A stretch of 64,000 bases of DNA, from positions 2,604,001 to 2,668,000 of the forward strand of contig CM120645.1 of NCBI GenBank assembly GCA_051362555.1. The letters run 5' to 3'. This DNA comes from Lingula anatina. Taxonomy: Eukaryota > Animalia > Brachiopoda. Both the position numbers and the translations under genes were made by a program. Below are positions 62,544 to 64,000 of this stretch, one piece after another. The notes under the pieces are model-generated. The model was given only the letters and a program-made list of their open reading frames with translations, was not told the DNA's origin and did no database searches. Numbering within the stretch: the first letter of the stretch is position 1; each line of letters begins with the position of its first letter.

Positions 62544-63222
62544 CAGTTGGAAAAATCTTCAACGACTTTGAGATCTGTGAATTGATCTTGAATATCTGAT
62601 TTTCATTTCAGCACGCACAAGTACTGCAGATGTTCACACAGTGTCACCAGTGAGAGATACCAGCACACACACAGCCACACAGTATACTGCTGGCACACCT
62701 GGACTGGTGGAAACTGTGCATCACTTCCCCACTGATGGTCCTGGCTACAGAGTCAGCCCTAGCCAGAGTCCTTTCATTACGCCTAGGGGTAGTCCTGACT
62801 TCATTTCAAGACACAGCCCAAGGCATAGTCCAAGACATACTCCAAGGCATAGTCCAAGGCATAGTCCAAGACATAGTCCCAGGCATAGTCCAAGACATAG
62901 TCCTAGGCATAGTCCAAGGCCTCATGAATTCAGTAACACAGAGCCTGAAGATCCTTACTCTCCTCCCTCTTACAATAGTCTTCAACCTCCTGAAAATACC
63001 CCAGTACCCAGTAATCTAGAAACAAGAAGGTCCCCATCCCCACCAGATTACAACTCTAGCTTGTCTTTGTCAACACTGCCACCTGGTGATGGTTTGCAGC
63101 CACCTTCTGCAGCTGTCCCAGGAGTGGAGCATCTCCCCCCACCTCCATCTTATGATGATGTCTCACGTGCTGGACCAAATGCCTCAGTGAATTGTGAAAG
63201 TGTTTGTGAGACTACTGTGTAG
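57587..63222 (+). CDS. Single-pass receptor: signal peptide, two divergent CUB-like domains, LDLa, two small Cys modules, TM, Pro-rich tail (LRP3/10/12- or LDLRAD-like), about 678 aa
   Basis: Exons 57587-57594, 57980-58313, 58535-58700, 59119-59154, 59616-59855, 60208-60411, 60792-60932, 61151-61246, 61509-61577, 61973-62104 and 62612-63222 form one frame. Motifs SGYITSPGFPNN, FVSSGRYLVVIF, FDCIWSF, LDLa CIPEQFQCDGYDHCGDGEDE, TM ITAIFCIGVFILVIAIIFG, and PPSY/PPDY. The 8-nt first coding exon is the least certain part. Confidence 0.85.
62806..62922 (+). repeat. Coding 12-bp tandem repeat encoding RH[S/T]P, about 10 copies
   Basis: AG[A/G]CA[T/C]A[G/C][T/C]CC[A/C/T] units with synonymous variation, in the last exon of the CUB-LDLa receptor. 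Confidence 0.95.
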
Positions 63223-64000
63223 TGGTAACTTTGATGATTGTGGTCGTAGACTTGTACTACAAAAATGTGGCCAAGTGTTATGTAACGCAATATACATAGC
63301 TAATATGCTATGAATTAAATGCATAAATGTTGTTTTATTTTGACTGTTCATTTAAAGAATTGCTTAATCTACTATGCATGTAGGTGTTCTATGTATAGGA
63401 CACTTCCATTGTTAACATGCATTATTCTATAATTAAAAAGATGTTATACAAGGGATATAAGTATTTTGATTACTGTCGTGTTGGTATTTTTGTTTAAGGG
63501 TGCATTCAGAAAAGTTAATCCGTGGACTAATAGATTTGTTGATCAAAAATGGCCAACCTACTTGAAAACATACTGCATAATTTCCTAAAAGACAATGAAT
63601 ATGTGGGGATAGCAAGGCAGGCTTTTAAGTGGGTTGGCCATATTTGATCCACGGACATGTAAGTCCTCGGACCAACTTTGGTTGTGAATGCAGCCTAAGA
63701 CATAGATTTCTATGCAGTCTTCATTCTGTTTGAGTGATGTCATGGTTTTGGAAAAATTTCTGTCAGGTGCACAGTATACCATATACAAATACGTAGTGTA
63801 CAGTATACCCGAGTGCATACCCAAAGAGGAATGTTACCTCTGTATCTTGATATTATGTTATGGTACTTTTTCTATTACATGTCTGTGGTATTATCATGAA
63901 GGATCTTTTAATTAACTTTTACCTGTCCTTATTGTTGTAATTATTACAAAAATATTATTAGTGTAATATCGTTATTATTTTATTTTTAAGCATAAAAGGT

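Overview
AT-rich animal genomic DNA, most likely from a marine invertebrate. It has spliceosomal introns and microsatellites, and no prokaryotic features. From left to right it contains: (1) a Helentron/HINE-like element carrying a ~161-bp satellite array inside an intron; (2) the 5' part of a minus-strand creatine kinase with an MGC acylation N-terminus (flagellar type); (3) a secreted PAN/apple plus fibrinogen-domain protein; (4) two tandem paralogous 3-exon genes for secreted, probably GPI-anchored NtA/TIMP-like OB-fold proteins, one with His-rich loops and one with a ~227-aa G/Q/D/R repeat inserted inside the domain, separated by a tRNA-Gly(GCC); (5) an intronless class A GPCR; (6) CEP41, with a U12-type intron; (7) an FkbM/Star-like methyltransferase; (8) a CUB-CUB-LDLa single-pass receptor whose tail has ten RH[S/T]P repeats and PPxY motifs. 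Three small inverted-repeat elements are also present. Gene models were built by hand from splice signals and reading-frame continuity. No database searches were run, so family assignments rest on recognised motifs.
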